Source of the DNA: Ignavibacteriota bacterium | GTDB taxonomy: Bacteria; Bacteroidota; Ignavibacteria; Tepidaquicellales; OLB5 | Assembly (NCBI GenBank): GCA_003820375.1 | Contig: RPQH01000008.1 | Span: 8,567-72,566 of the forward strand | Reading direction: 5' to 3' | DNA: 64,000 nucleotides | Shown: positions 9,405-18,944 of the stretch, piece by piece | How positions within the stretch are numbered: position 1 is the first letter of the stretch | Layout of the letters: every line of letters starts with the position of its first letter | Program-made: the position numbers and the translations under genes | Notes under the pieces: model-generated | Told to the model about the DNA's origin: nothing | The model's input: only the letters and a program-made list of their open reading frames with translations | Databases searched by the model: none

Positions 9405-11702
9405 ATGATTCGCAAACAGGATGCATTAGATTACCATTCACAGGGAAGACATGGAAAAATAGAGGTTGTTTCTACTAAACCATGTGCAACTCAAAGAGAC
9501 CTGTCTTTGGCTTACACTCCGGGAGTTGCAGATCCGTGTAAAGAGATTGAAGCAAATCCGGATGATGCTTATCTGTATACTGCAAAAGGTAATCTTGTAG
9601 CAGTAATCAGTAACGGTACTGCAGTGCTGGGGCTTGGCGATATTGGAGCACTTGCAGGCAAACCTGTAATGGAAGGTAAAGGAGTTTTATTCAAAAGATT
9701 TGCTGATATTGATGTGTTCGATATAGAGCTGGACACTCATGACCCGGATGAGATAATTAAAGCTGTAAAGCTTCTTGAGCCGACATTCGGAGGCATTAAT
9801 CTGGAAGATATCAAAGCTCCGGAATGCTTCTACATCGAAGAAAAGCTGAAGGAAATTATGAAGATTCCTGTTTTCCATGATGACCAGCATGGTACAGCAA
9901 TTATAAGCGGTGCTGCTTTATTGAATTCATGTGAGATTACAAATAAGAAGATGGCTGAGATAAGAGTGGTTTTCAGCGGAGCCGGTGCTGCGGGTATTGC
10001 TTGTGCTAAGCTATATGAATCTCTTGGAGTGAAGCGTGAGAATATGATGCTTGTTGATACCAAAGGTATTGTGTACAAAGGCAGAAAAGAAGGCATGAAT
10101 AAATATAAAGAGTATTTTGCAGTTGAAACTGAAAAAAGAACTCTTGCTGATGCAATGAAGGGTGCTGATGTATTCTGCGGTGTCTCGGCTAAAGGTATAG
10201 TATCAAAAGAGATGATAAAATCAATGGCAGATTATCCTGTAGTTTTTGCAATGGCAAATCCTGACCCTGAAATTACATATGAAGATGCAACCAGTGCAAG
10301 AGACGATATAATTATGGCTACAGGACGCTCTGATTATCCAAACCAGGTTAACAATGTACTTGGATTCCCGTTCATTTTCAGGGGTGCTCTCGATGTTAGA
10401 GCAACAACTATCAATGAACCGATGAAGATTGCCGCTTCATATGCTCTTGCAAATCTGGCAAAAGAAGATGTTCCTGATTCTGTTATCCGTGTTTACGGCG
10501 GAAAGAGAATTGAATTCGGAAAGCACTATATTATTCCAAAGCCATTCGATCCGCGTGTACTGTTCTGGGAAGCTGCCGCTGTAGCAAAAGCTGCAATGGA
10601 TACAGGTGTTGCTCAGGTACCGTTAAAAGACATGGAGAAATATATTGACAGTCTTGAAGCACGTCTGGGCAAATCAAGGGAAGTTATGAGATTCTTCATA
10701 CATGAAGCACAGCACGGTCCGAAGAAGATAGTATTTCCAGAGGGTGAAGAAGACCATATCCTGCGTGCAGTACAGATTATTCTTGATGAAAAAATTGCCA
10801 AACCTATAGTACTGGGAAGCAGGACATTAATTAATGCAAGAATAAAAGAGCTTGGACTTGACCTGACAGGTGCTGAAATAATTAATCCTTCTAAATCCGA
10901 AAAGTATAACGAATATGCTTTGAAGTTCTATGATATAAGAAAAAGAAAAGGTATAACAAAAGCAGATGCCGACAGGATGACAAAGACGCATAACATTTTC
11001 GGAATGATGATGGTGCATGAAAATGATGCAGACGGTTTGATTTCAGGAGTAACACAGCATTACCCGGATACGGTAAGACCGGCATTGCAGATAATCGGTA
11101 AAGAAGATGGTGTTACAAATATTGCCGGCTTGTATATGATGGTATTCAAGAACCAGAATATTTTCATAACAGACCCGACAGTAAATATAGACCCATCAGT
11201 TGAACAGCTAGCCAGCATTGCACTACTCGCTGCTGAAAAGTTAAAGCAATTTGATATTGAACCGAGGATTGCAATGTTATCATTCAGTAATTTTGGAAGC
11301 ACAACTCACCCGCTATGCGAAAAAGTCCGTAAAGCAACAGAGCTTGTAAAGAAGATTGCCCCGGCACTTATTGTAGACGGTGAGATGATGGCTGATACAG
11401 CTACATCGACTGAAATATTGAATGATTTTTATCCGTTCTCTTCACTGCATGATAAAGCTAATTTACTTGTTTGTCCTGACCTTACATCTGCAAATATAGC
11501 TTACAAGCTGTTAGCTAATTTAGGCGGTGCTGTTGCAATCGGACCAATACTGCTTGGAATTAAAAAACCTGTTTACTTATTAGGTCCCGGTAATACTGTT
11601 AATGATATAGTAAACATTACAGCAATGGCAGTATATGAAGCACAGAGAAAGAGTACAGCATCAAAAGATACAACACGCAAGAAATTCGCGTTTTCAAATT
11701 AA
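9405..11702 (+). CDS. maeB: NADP-dependent malic enzyme (malic enzyme + PTA-like domain)
   Basis: 765-aa ORF. The N-terminal malic-enzyme/NAD(P)-binding part ([26 protein letters not shown]) is followed by a ~330-aa phosphate-acetyltransferase-like C-terminal domain. Confidence 0.9.
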   Translation: MIRKQDALDYHSQGRHGKIEVVSTKPCATQRDLSLAYTPGVADPCKEIEANPDDAYLYTAKGNLVAVISNGTAVLGLGDIGALAGKPVMEGKGVLFKRFADIDVFDIELDTHDPDEIIKAVKLLEPTFGGINLEDIKAPECFYIEEKLKEIMKIPVFHDDQHGTAIISGAALLNSCEITNKKMAEIRVVFSGAGAAGIACAKLYESLGVKRENMMLVDTKGIVYKGRKEGMNKYKEYFAVETEKRTLADAMKGADVFCGVSAKGIVSKEMIKSMADYPVVFAMANPDPEITYEDATSARDDIIMATGRSDYPNQVNNVLGFPFIFRGALDVRATTINEPMKIAASYALANLAKEDVPDSVIRVYGGKRIEFGKHYIIPKPFDPRVLFWEAAAVAKAAMDTGVAQVPLKDMEKYIDSLEARLGKSREVMRFFIHEAQHGPKKIVFPEGEEDHILRAVQIILDEKIAKPIVLGSRTLINARIKELGLDLTGAEIINPSKSEKYNEYALKFYDIRKRKGITKADADRMTKTHNIFGMMMVHENDADGLISGVTQHYPDTVRPALQIIGKEDGVTNIAGLYMMVFKNQNIFITDPTVNIDPSVEQLASIALLAAEKLKQFDIEPRIAMLSFSNFGSTTHPLCEKVRKATELVKKIAPALIVDGEMMADTATSTEILNDFYPFSSLHDKANLLVCPDLTSANIAYKLLANLGGAVAIGPILLGIKKPVYLLGPGNTVNDIVNITAMAVYEAQRKSTASKDTTRKKFAFSN

Positions 11703-11722
11703 CCTTTAGCTATTTATACCTG

Positions 11723-11757
11723 AACAGCGGCAGATAATTTCTACCGCTGTTTTTTTA
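11723..11757 (+). terminator. Rho-independent terminator after maeB
   Basis: aacagcgg / ccgctgtt stem followed by a T-run (ttttttt). Confidence 0.7.
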
Positions 11758-11797
11758 TATCTAATTGTATATTTTTAACAAATTTAAAACTTATATT

Positions 11798-12070
11798 ATG
11801 GAAAAAACTATATTAATAATATTAATAGGTACAAGAAAAGAATCTGCAGTAACAGTACAGCAAGTGTTAACTGCATGGGGATGTATAATTAAAACAAGGT
11901 TAGGGCTTCATGACGGAGTGCTTGAAAACTGCACAAACCAGGGCACAGTAATTTGTGAGCTTTGCGGAACAAAAGAACAGAATGAAGAACTTGCTCACAA
12001 GATTAAAGTGATACAGGGAGTTTCATCTGAGCTTGTAACGGTAGGACTGGAAGAGCCAATTAAGAATTAA
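11798..12070 (+). CDS. TM1266-like small ACT/NikR-C-like protein (putative iron-only hydrogenase system regulator)
   Basis: The ORF track starts at TTG 11765, but ATG 11798 (MEKTILIILIGTRKESAVTVQQVL..RLGLHDG..VICELCG...IQGVSSELV) matches the length and pattern of the TM1266 family as I recall it. Confidence 0.5.
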   Translation: MEKTILIILIGTRKESAVTVQQVLTAWGCIIKTRLGLHDGVLENCTNQGTVICELCGTKEQNEELAHKIKVIQGVSSELVTVGLEEPIKN

Positions 12071-12077
12071 AATCTTT

Positions 12078-12138
12078 GGAGTGCAGTAACCGTGTTACTG
12101 CTATAACATTATTTGCAGTAACACGGTTACTGCACTCC
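12078..12138. repeat. 24-bp perfect inverted repeat (likely bidirectional terminator palindrome)
   Basis: ggagtgcagtaaccgtgttactgc (12078-12101) pairs with gcagtaacacggttactgcactcc (12115-12138) across a 13-nt loop. Each arm is also a self-hairpin. Confidence 0.8.
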
Positions 12139-12144
12139 ATACAC
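12115..12144 (+). repeat. 30-bp direct repeat, left copy
   Basis: gcagtaacacggttactgcactccatacac is identical to 13501-13530. Confidence 0.9.
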
Positions 12145-12172
12145 GCTTTCCGTACTGCCAGTGTCACTTATA

Positions 12173-12204
12173 AAATAGTGAAATGGTGAAATAGTGAAAT
12201 AGTG
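12173..12204. repeat. Octamer tandem repeat (4 units)
   Basis: aaatagtg aaatggtg aaatagtg aaatagtg. Confidence 0.8.
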
Positions 12205-12287
12205 ATTAACAGGGAGTCCTGACAGACCAGAGAGATTTTCAATTAATCCAATGCTTTTTAAATCTTCAATTTCCGAAGGAGCTCGTA

Positions 12288-12351
12288 CTGCCAGTGTTTC
12301 TCCTGGATGTTTTGTAATTATAGAATTAATAAAAATCGATGACACTGGCAG
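12288..12351. repeat. Long-loop hairpin of the CTGYCAGTGT family
   Basis: ctgccagtgt (12288-12297) pairs with acactggcag (12342-12351). A third direct copy, gtactgccagtgtcac, lies at 12152-12167. Confidence 0.6.
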
Positions 12352-12816
12352 AATATGGAAGTACAGGATCCTTTGTTATTTGAAGGAGGGTTAATCATAA
12401 ATCTTATTTAATAATATTCATCACCGGTTAATTGGAGTTTTCAAGGGGTATGCTGTTAATCTCAATCTGGAGTTGTTTATAAAAATAATTACATAATATC
12501 AGTTCATAATTATATATATCAGTAACACCTTGTCTGTGTTCAATTGTAAATCCTCCATTCATCTTAAGCTGACGCTTGCCTGCCTGCCTCAGGCAGGTGT
12601 CTGGTGAATTTTTGTTAATCTAAGTTCTTTCTTTCCCTATCATATTCATCAATTAATCTAAGCTAATCCACATTGTCAAACTAACACCTGACACTGCCCT
12701 GTAATTTTTCAACCTTCCAACCTGTCATTCTTCATTAATTATGACCCCTTGACTGTCTTCAATTATCAATCTTCACCTTTGCGGTCTTAGCGGCTTGGCG
12801 TGGTGGTATATCGGCA

Positions 12817-13467
12817 AAAATTCAGAGTTGGGTTCAAAACAGTGCTAAGTTGGGTTCAAGTTGTGTCGGAGTTGGTATCAAGTTGGTATCAAGTTGGGTT
12901 ATCGTTTTTGGAAAACAGGGGTTAACTCATAGCAGTATAAGCAAATAACTCCGTCAGAAATGTGAGATTTTTGATTTAAGATTTGCGATTTTGAGCCAGA
13001 ATCGCTAATTTTTCATCAAAAAAAAAACTTCACTATATCATTAACCATTATCGCTATGGGAAAAATTTGGTAGCAAATATTTGTCGCTGTTGTTGGGGAG
13101 TTAAAGTAATACTTGAAGTTCATCCGTTTCAATTCCTGACACACCCCTTCCGCTTCGCTCCCTCCCCTCTCGAGAGGGGAATTCTTACCTCTTTATTTAT
13201 CCATGAGCTGAAATTGCTCAAAAAAGCACACTAAACACTCAATACACTCTAAGCACTCCACACACTCCAAACTATTTTTAGTTAAAACTTGACAATAAGC
13301 AATTACTATATTAAATTATACTGATAGTGCTTATATAGCTATATAAGCATAAATAACCGTTCTTTGTTAATATCGAAATGATATAAAGCATGTCGTAATA
13401 TTGTTCGAAAATGCTGCTAACGGATTTGGTTAGATTTTGGAGGGTTCAAAAAAATATGCACTGAAAA
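12817..13467 (+). repeat. ~0.65-kb non-coding repeat, copy 1
   Basis: Aligns along its length with 32584-33223 in the same orientation. The first ~470 nt are very similar by eye and the last ~170 nt are patchy. The track shows no ORF of 60 aa or more. Confidence 0.9.
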
Positions 13468-13500
13468 GTGCATATATATGTAAATCTACCTATTGTTATA

Positions 13501-13530
13501 GCAGTAACACGGTTACTGCACTCCATACAC
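13501..13530 (+). repeat. 30-bp direct repeat, right copy
   Basis: Identical to 12115-12144. It abuts the stop of the TonB-dependent receptor gene. Confidence 0.9.
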
Positions 13531-13531
13531 T

Positions 13532-15913
13532 CTACCAGCTCAATCCAATTTTTGCAAAGAAATTTCTGCCGGGTTCTTGTGTAATTGTTCCCCTGTTAGT
13601 TGATAAATGATTTCTGTATTCTTTGTCAAGAATGTTTTCTATTCCGCCATACAAATTTATTTTCACTCCGCTGAATTTGATAGGCATACTTTGTACATAT
13701 AAGTTTAGTGTAACATACCCGGGAGTTTCAACTTCGCCTGCTGCAATTTTATTTTGCCTGGCAAAAAACATTACAGAGAAATCTAAGTTAGCATATTTAC
13801 CGGCAGCAGCTTTTAATCCAATTGAACCGTTTAACGGCGGTATCTGAGGCAGGTCTAAATCGTTTTCAATATCTCTTCCTCTTACATAAGATACTGTGCT
13901 GTAAAACACAAACTTTTTGTAGAAATTATATTCAAGGTTAGCATCAAAGCCATAGAACCTGGATTTTCCGGCATTGGTCTTTATCATTGCCTGCCTGTTT
14001 TCATATGTACCCGGTATTTCAATCACCAAGTCATTTATTGTATTTAAAAAACCGCTTCCTGTAAACTTGATAACAGGATTAAACACTTTAAATCCTGCAT
14101 CCAGGAATATCCCGTTTTCCGGATTTAAATCAGGATTACCCAGTCTTACAAGGCTGCCAAGATCAATGTACTGGTATCTTTCTTCCAGCGAAGGCGAGCG
14201 GAATGAACGTGCCGCATTAAAGGTGATACTTACATCATTATATAAAGCATACATTGCACCAACATTGGCACTCCACGAAATATCATCTTCGGCTGCAGAA
14301 TTCCAAATGATTTTTTGTCCTGCCGGAGTCCAGTTCCATCCTGTATCATTGGTTATTGTATATTCGGGATTATAAGCAATGTCATTAGTCACTTTTATCT
14401 GGTCAATTCTTCCGCCGATATTTATTTTTAATTTATCTTTGAACAATCTTATTTCATCCTGTGCAAATGCCCCAATGCTCCTGTATGATGAAATCGGTAT
14501 CGGCCTCTCCCCTGTTACCTGTTTTATAGTTTTAATTACAACCGTTCCGGTCGAATCATAATCTTCAATTACCTGTTCTCTTGTTCTCCTGCTGTCGAGG
14601 TCTCTTTGCCATGCATCAAATCCTGCAATTACAAAGTTATACTTTCCCAGCAGCCAGCCCGATTGAAGTGAAAATCCTTTTGTATTGTGGTCTGCCTGCG
14701 GTTTTATGTTTAATACACTCACTTTTTTCTTTAATACATTTCCTGCATAAACCTTTTGCACAATGTGCGGAATATTTTCCACATCCCTGAAAATATACTG
14801 GTAATAAAATTTTGCAGAAACATCTTTAAGTATTTTTGAGATTTGAGATATTTTATACTCCGCACTTAACAAGCTTCTTTCTTCCTTCGGGTAAGTGACA
14901 AGAGCATTATTAGGAAATAGAGGGTACCCGCCGGGAATCCCGACATCTTTTGCAAGATAATACTGGTAATTGATTTTTATTTCATTATTCCTGAAAGGAT
15001 TAACACCGAGTACACCCGAAAAATAATTATCTTTAAAGCCGCTGTTATTAATTTCACTGTTTGGTGTTTTGATATTACCGGCTTTTCTCATTGTTCCGTT
15101 TAGCTTCAGGAACCATCTTTCGGCACCTGCATATAGAAGAAGGTTGCCGCCTGTGCTGTTGTTTACACTGTTGTAATCGCTTAATATTTTGCCGCTGAAA
15201 GTAAACTTGCCTGCATACAGATTGCTCTTTGTAATTATATTTACAACTCCGCCCAATGCTCCCGTGCCGTACAGAGATGACATACCGCCTTTGATTATTT
15301 CAATCCTCTCAATATCGTTAATATCAAAAAGTGATAACCTTGCTGATATATCCGTAGCGGTTTCTATCCTGTTGCCGTCTACAAGTGTAACAATGCTTGA
15401 ACGGTTCATTCCTCTTATGTTAATATCCGTTGCCCAGATTCCGTCCCGTGTTAATGTAACTCCTGCTTTATTTTTCATTAAGTCCGAAGCAGAAACCGGG
15501 TTTCTCTGTGTTATCTCAGAATTATCCACCACCTCAACAGGAAGCGGAATGTTTTTTAATTGTTGTTCATGTCTAAAACTTGTTACAATTATTTCGCCAA
15601 GAGTTATTGATGACTGGTCAATCTTGAATTGAACTCTCAATACTGTATCGGGCAAAACATTTAATGTAAAAGTTTCCTTCTTGTATCCAAGATAAGAAAC
15701 CATAACATCATACTTACCGGCGGGTAAATCCTGAATAAGGAAATGCCCGATTTTATCAGTAAAAACCTTATAATCCAGATTTGATATATAAATAGCTGCA
15801 TCCTGCAATCCTTGTTCTGTATTTGCATCAGTAACATTTCCGCTAATAGCGCCGGTTTGTGCATAGCCAAAATTAATCGCAAATAATAGAAATAAAATTG
15901 GAAGTATTTTCAT
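13532..15913 (-). CDS. TonB-dependent outer-membrane receptor with CarboxypepD_reg-like N-domain
   Basis: 793-aa ORF with a signal peptide. It has a carboxypeptidase-regulatory-like domain (ISGNVTD...YDVMVSYLGYK), a plug region, and a beta-barrel ending in an aromatic residue (..KIGLSW). Confidence 0.9.
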   Translation of the reverse strand: MKILPILFLLFAINFGYAQTGAISGNVTDANTEQGLQDAAIYISNLDYKVFTDKIGHFLIQDLPAGKYDVMVSYLGYKKETFTLNVLPDTVLRVQFKIDQSSITLGEIIVTSFRHEQQLKNIPLPVEVVDNSEITQRNPVSASDLMKNKAGVTLTRDGIWATDINIRGMNRSSIVTLVDGNRIETATDISARLSLFDINDIERIEIIKGGMSSLYGTGALGGVVNIITKSNLYAGKFTFSGKILSDYNSVNNSTGGNLLLYAGAERWFLKLNGTMRKAGNIKTPNSEINNSGFKDNYFSGVLGVNPFRNNEIKINYQYYLAKDVGIPGGYPLFPNNALVTYPKEERSLLSAEYKISQISKILKDVSAKFYYQYIFRDVENIPHIVQKVYAGNVLKKKVSVLNIKPQADHNTKGFSLQSGWLLGKYNFVIAGFDAWQRDLDSRRTREQVIEDYDSTGTVVIKTIKQVTGERPIPISSYRSIGAFAQDEIRLFKDKLKINIGGRIDQIKVTNDIAYNPEYTITNDTGWNWTPAGQKIIWNSAAEDDISWSANVGAMYALYNDVSITFNAARSFRSPSLEERYQYIDLGSLVRLGNPDLNPENGIFLDAGFKVFNPVIKFTGSGFLNTINDLVIEIPGTYENRQAMIKTNAGKSRFYGFDANLEYNFYKKFVFYSTVSYVRGRDIENDLDLPQIPPLNGSIGLKAAAGKYANLDFSVMFFARQNKIAAGEVETPGYVTLNLYVQSMPIKFSGVKINLYGGIENILDKEYRNHLSTNRGTITQEPGRNFFAKIGLSW

Positions 15914-15959
15914 ATAGAAATAGATTATTAACTTCTTTAATCAAATTATCTGACATTAA

Positions 15960-16012
15960 CACCTCACTCCCCAGCCCTCCATCCACATGGAGAAGGCACG
16001 GGGACTGAGGTG
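15960..16012. repeat. GC-rich imperfect palindromic (REP-like) hairpin
   Basis: cacctcactcccc...ggggactgaggtg outer arms enclose ctccat..atggag. It lies in the divergent promoter region. Confidence 0.6.
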
Positions 16013-16101
16013 CTTCAATACAAAATTAACCCGATTTTTAATCTTAAAAAATGATTAAAATCATTAAAAAACGGACTAATTTTTATTAATTTTGTATAGT
16101 T

Positions 16102-17523
16102 ATGATAAACAATACATCAGGAAAAAGGGAATACATTCTACTTACTTTAACGGTCTGTATTGTGCATTTCCTGCTTGGATTAGACATAAATATTGTTTCT
16201 GTCTCACTGCCTACCATATCACAAAGCTTTAATATAACTCCGGCATCAGCCTCAAAAGTTGTATGGATATATTTTCTTGTGCTCACATGTTTTCTTCCGT
16301 TATCGGGAAAGCTTGGTGACCAGTTCGGATTTAAGAAGCTTTATTTACTCGGGATATTCACTTTTCTTGCAGGTGCTGTGTTATGCGGTTTGTCCACATC
16401 ATTTGAAATGCTTGTTGCTTTCCGTATTCTACAGGCAGCAGGAGGTGCAATTTTATTTTCAATCACTCCTGCAATAATTTCTTCTTATCTGCCTGAAGGA
16501 ATGAAAGGAAAAGCATTCGGAATTAATTATGCATTTGTTGCACTTGGGGGAGTAGTGGGCAGAGCTTTCAGCGGTTATTTACTCGATGCATATGGATGGA
16601 GCTCAATATTTTTTATAAATATTATTCCGGGAATTGCTGCATTAGTTCTTGCTTTAAGATATATACCATCAGTCTCTCCCTCAAATAAAAAAGTATTTTT
16701 TGATGTGCTGGGTTCAATTTATATTTTCATAGGATTATTTTTCCTGCTTTTTGCCATTAACAACGGGCAGCAAATGGGATGGATGAATCAATACATAACG
16801 ACATCGTTTATAATAGCTGCAGTATTTATATACTTATTCATTAAGAGGGAAATTGATATTCCTGCACCATTATTTAATCTGAATTACTTAAAAAAGAAAA
16901 AATTCTCGTTCCCGCTAATTTCTTTTTCAGTTGTTTACATTGTTACCAACGGAATGGTTTTTTTATTCCCCTTCTACCTGCAATGGATAAAAAGCTTATC
17001 TAAACAGGAAACCGGATTGCTTATGACTATTCCATCTGTTATGCAGATTGTAAGCGGTTTTTTTGGCGGATATTTATCAGATAAAAAAAGCATAAGGATA
17101 ATTTGTACATACGGAATTATATTAACTTTTCTTTCTTATTTATTCTTCTATTTCCTGGATTCTTCTTCTGATATATTACTCATTATTGCTTCACTATCAC
17201 TTTTCGGAATTGCAATCGGTACATTTATACCTGCCAATACAAACAGGATAATGTCTTATGCAGGAATTGAAGAAAAAGGAAGTATCTCGGCATTAATGCT
17301 GACAGTTGTTAGAACAGGCTCAGCACTTGGAGTGTGTTTTTTTGCCGCAATACTATCGGTTTATATTCCGCAGGCAAATCCAATTACAGCAAATGTTCCA
17401 ATGAACATAATGGAATCAGGTTTTAAAGCAGTGTTTCTGTTTGGAACGATAGTGTGTTTGATTGGGATATATTTTGCAGTAAGATCGGAAGAGAAAGAGG
17501 TTAATCAGTATGAGGTATTATAA
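16102..17523 (+). CDS. MFS transporter (DHA2/EmrB-like, ~14 TMS)
   Basis: 473-aa hydrophobic ORF. The motif LSGKLGDQFGFKK sits after TM2, and the length fits the 14-TMS drug:H+ antiporter class. Confidence 0.85.
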   Translation: MINNTSGKREYILLTLTVCIVHFLLGLDINIVSVSLPTISQSFNITPASASKVVWIYFLVLTCFLPLSGKLGDQFGFKKLYLLGIFTFLAGAVLCGLSTSFEMLVAFRILQAAGGAILFSITPAIISSYLPEGMKGKAFGINYAFVALGGVVGRAFSGYLLDAYGWSSIFFINIIPGIAALVLALRYIPSVSPSNKKVFFDVLGSIYIFIGLFFLLFAINNGQQMGWMNQYITTSFIIAAVFIYLFIKREIDIPAPLFNLNYLKKKKFSFPLISFSVVYIVTNGMVFLFPFYLQWIKSLSKQETGLLMTIPSVMQIVSGFFGGYLSDKKSIRIICTYGIILTFLSYLFFYFLDSSSDILLIIASLSLFGIAIGTFIPANTNRIMSYAGIEEKGSISALMLTVVRTGSALGVCFFAAILSVYIPQANPITANVPMNIMESGFKAVFLFGTIVCLIGIYFAVRSEEKEVNQYEVL

Positions 17524-18886
17524 TCACAAAACTTGTGCCGCATCCTTTTTCATCAGCTAGTTTTGAAGGGCTTTTTACATCAACACTCCATCCGTGCTGT
17601 TCAACAATTTCTTTTACTATCGAGAGACCAAGACCTGTGCCTTCGTATCCTTTGTGCTTAATGTTAGTAGTTCTATAGAATTGCCTGAATATTTTCTGAA
17701 GCTCATTTTCGGGTATACCTATACCGTTATCGCTTACTTCCACTATTATATTGTTATTTTCATCTTCGTTTACTTCAACCAAAACCTTTCCTTCGTTAAA
17801 TGTATATTTCACAGCATTGCCAATCAGGTTTGAAAGTGCAAGGTCAAGAAGGACTTCATCTGCTGATACTTTATATTTCAGGATACGGTTATCGGTAAAT
17901 ACCAGGTTAATATTTTTTGAATGAGCATTTGCGCTTTTTTGTTCTATTGCTTTGCAAATAACCGCTTCAAGCTCCAGCGGTTCTTTTTTAATATTTTCAA
18001 GCAGCTTAAGCTTTGACATCTTCAATATATCACTTATAATTTCTATTCCTTCATCAAGGCGTTTTAATGTTCTTGTGAGCTTTTCTTCAACCTGCGGAGA
18101 AACCGGACCTAAATAATTATTGAGTATTATCTGAAGATATAATTGAGCCGCAACAATAGGTGACTTAATCTCATGAACAACAGCTATTGTATATTTTTGC
18201 TTTGCAGCTTCTGCTTCAAAAAGCTTATCCAGTGTACGCTGTAATTCTTCTTCCCTCTTATATAATTCACGGGCTATGCTGTTTGCTATAAAAATACTCA
18301 CGCCCATCATAAAGCTGAAACATGACGCGTATATAATAAAAAGATTTACATTTCCTCTTACGTCAGGAAACTTCAAACCTGAAATAAACAAAGTATTAAA
18401 CGCACCTGTAAATTGAAGATACCCTGTGATAGCATATATTATTATTATCAACCCAATCAACGGATATATAACCTTACCGGGCATATATAAACTGCCAATA
18501 ATTGCATGGAATATAAAGAACATTGCAAATGGGCTGATTATACCCCCTGTCACATAACAGACAAAAGATAATACTATTAAATCGGCAATAATCTGAATGA
18601 AGGCAAACAGGAAGGGATTAAAAAATTTATCTTCGTCAAGAGTAACTTTTTTCTGGACAGAATTGAATATTAAATTATATCCAAGCATTAATAGAGCAGC
18701 ACCGGTCAAAGAAAATAATTGAACCCGGCTAAGTCCGGCTTGCAGCAAAAACTCAAGTAATAATATCAAGCCTATCAGCATCCCAAACGCACCGAACCTC
18801 AGCTTTATGAACCATAAATTTCTTCTATAAATAAACCTCCAGTAAGGTTTAAATTTAAGTGTCCAATTTATTATAAAAGATTTCAT
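17501..18886 (-). CDS. Membrane sensor histidine kinase
   Basis: 461-aa ORF with a multi-TM N-terminal half, H-box VHEIKSPIV, and N/G boxes (GNAVKYT, DNGIGIP, GTGLGLSIV). Its 3' end overlaps the MFS gene by 23 nt (convergent). Confidence 0.85.
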   Translation of the reverse strand: MKSFIINWTLKFKPYWRFIYRRNLWFIKLRFGAFGMLIGLILLLEFLLQAGLSRVQLFSLTGAALLMLGYNLIFNSVQKKVTLDEDKFFNPFLFAFIQIIADLIVLSFVCYVTGGIISPFAMFFIFHAIIGSLYMPGKVIYPLIGLIIIIYAITGYLQFTGAFNTLFISGLKFPDVRGNVNLFIIYASCFSFMMGVSIFIANSIARELYKREEELQRTLDKLFEAEAAKQKYTIAVVHEIKSPIVAAQLYLQIILNNYLGPVSPQVEEKLTRTLKRLDEGIEIISDILKMSKLKLLENIKKEPLELEAVICKAIEQKSANAHSKNINLVFTDNRILKYKVSADEVLLDLALSNLIGNAVKYTFNEGKVLVEVNEDENNNIIVEVSDNGIGIPENELQKIFRQFYRTTNIKHKGYEGTGLGLSIVKEIVEQHGWSVDVKSPSKLADEKGCGTSFVIIIPHTD

Positions 18887-18899
18887 GATATAACAAATA

Positions 18900-18931
18900 T
18901 AACAAAAGCCGGAGATAGAATCCCCGGCTTT
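18900..18931 (-). terminator. Terminator after hydA
   Basis: On the minus strand: aagccgg / ccggctt stem followed by tttgtt. Confidence 0.55.
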
Positions 18932-18944
18932 AATAAATTATTAA

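Noticed and set aside
12127-12345. 72-aa minus-strand ORF as a real gene
   Set aside because: It runs through the 30-bp repeat, the octamer array and the CTGCCAGTGT hairpin arms, has no RBS or start context, and shows no family features beyond a vague resemblance to four-helix-bundle C-termini. At most it is a decayed remnant.
12817-13467. Insertion sequence or replication origin
   Set aside because: There is no transposase ORF and no terminal inverted repeats at the similarity boundaries. I see only one poor DnaA-box-like word (ttatccatg) and it is not conserved in copy 2. The element is therefore reported as an unclassified non-coding repeat.
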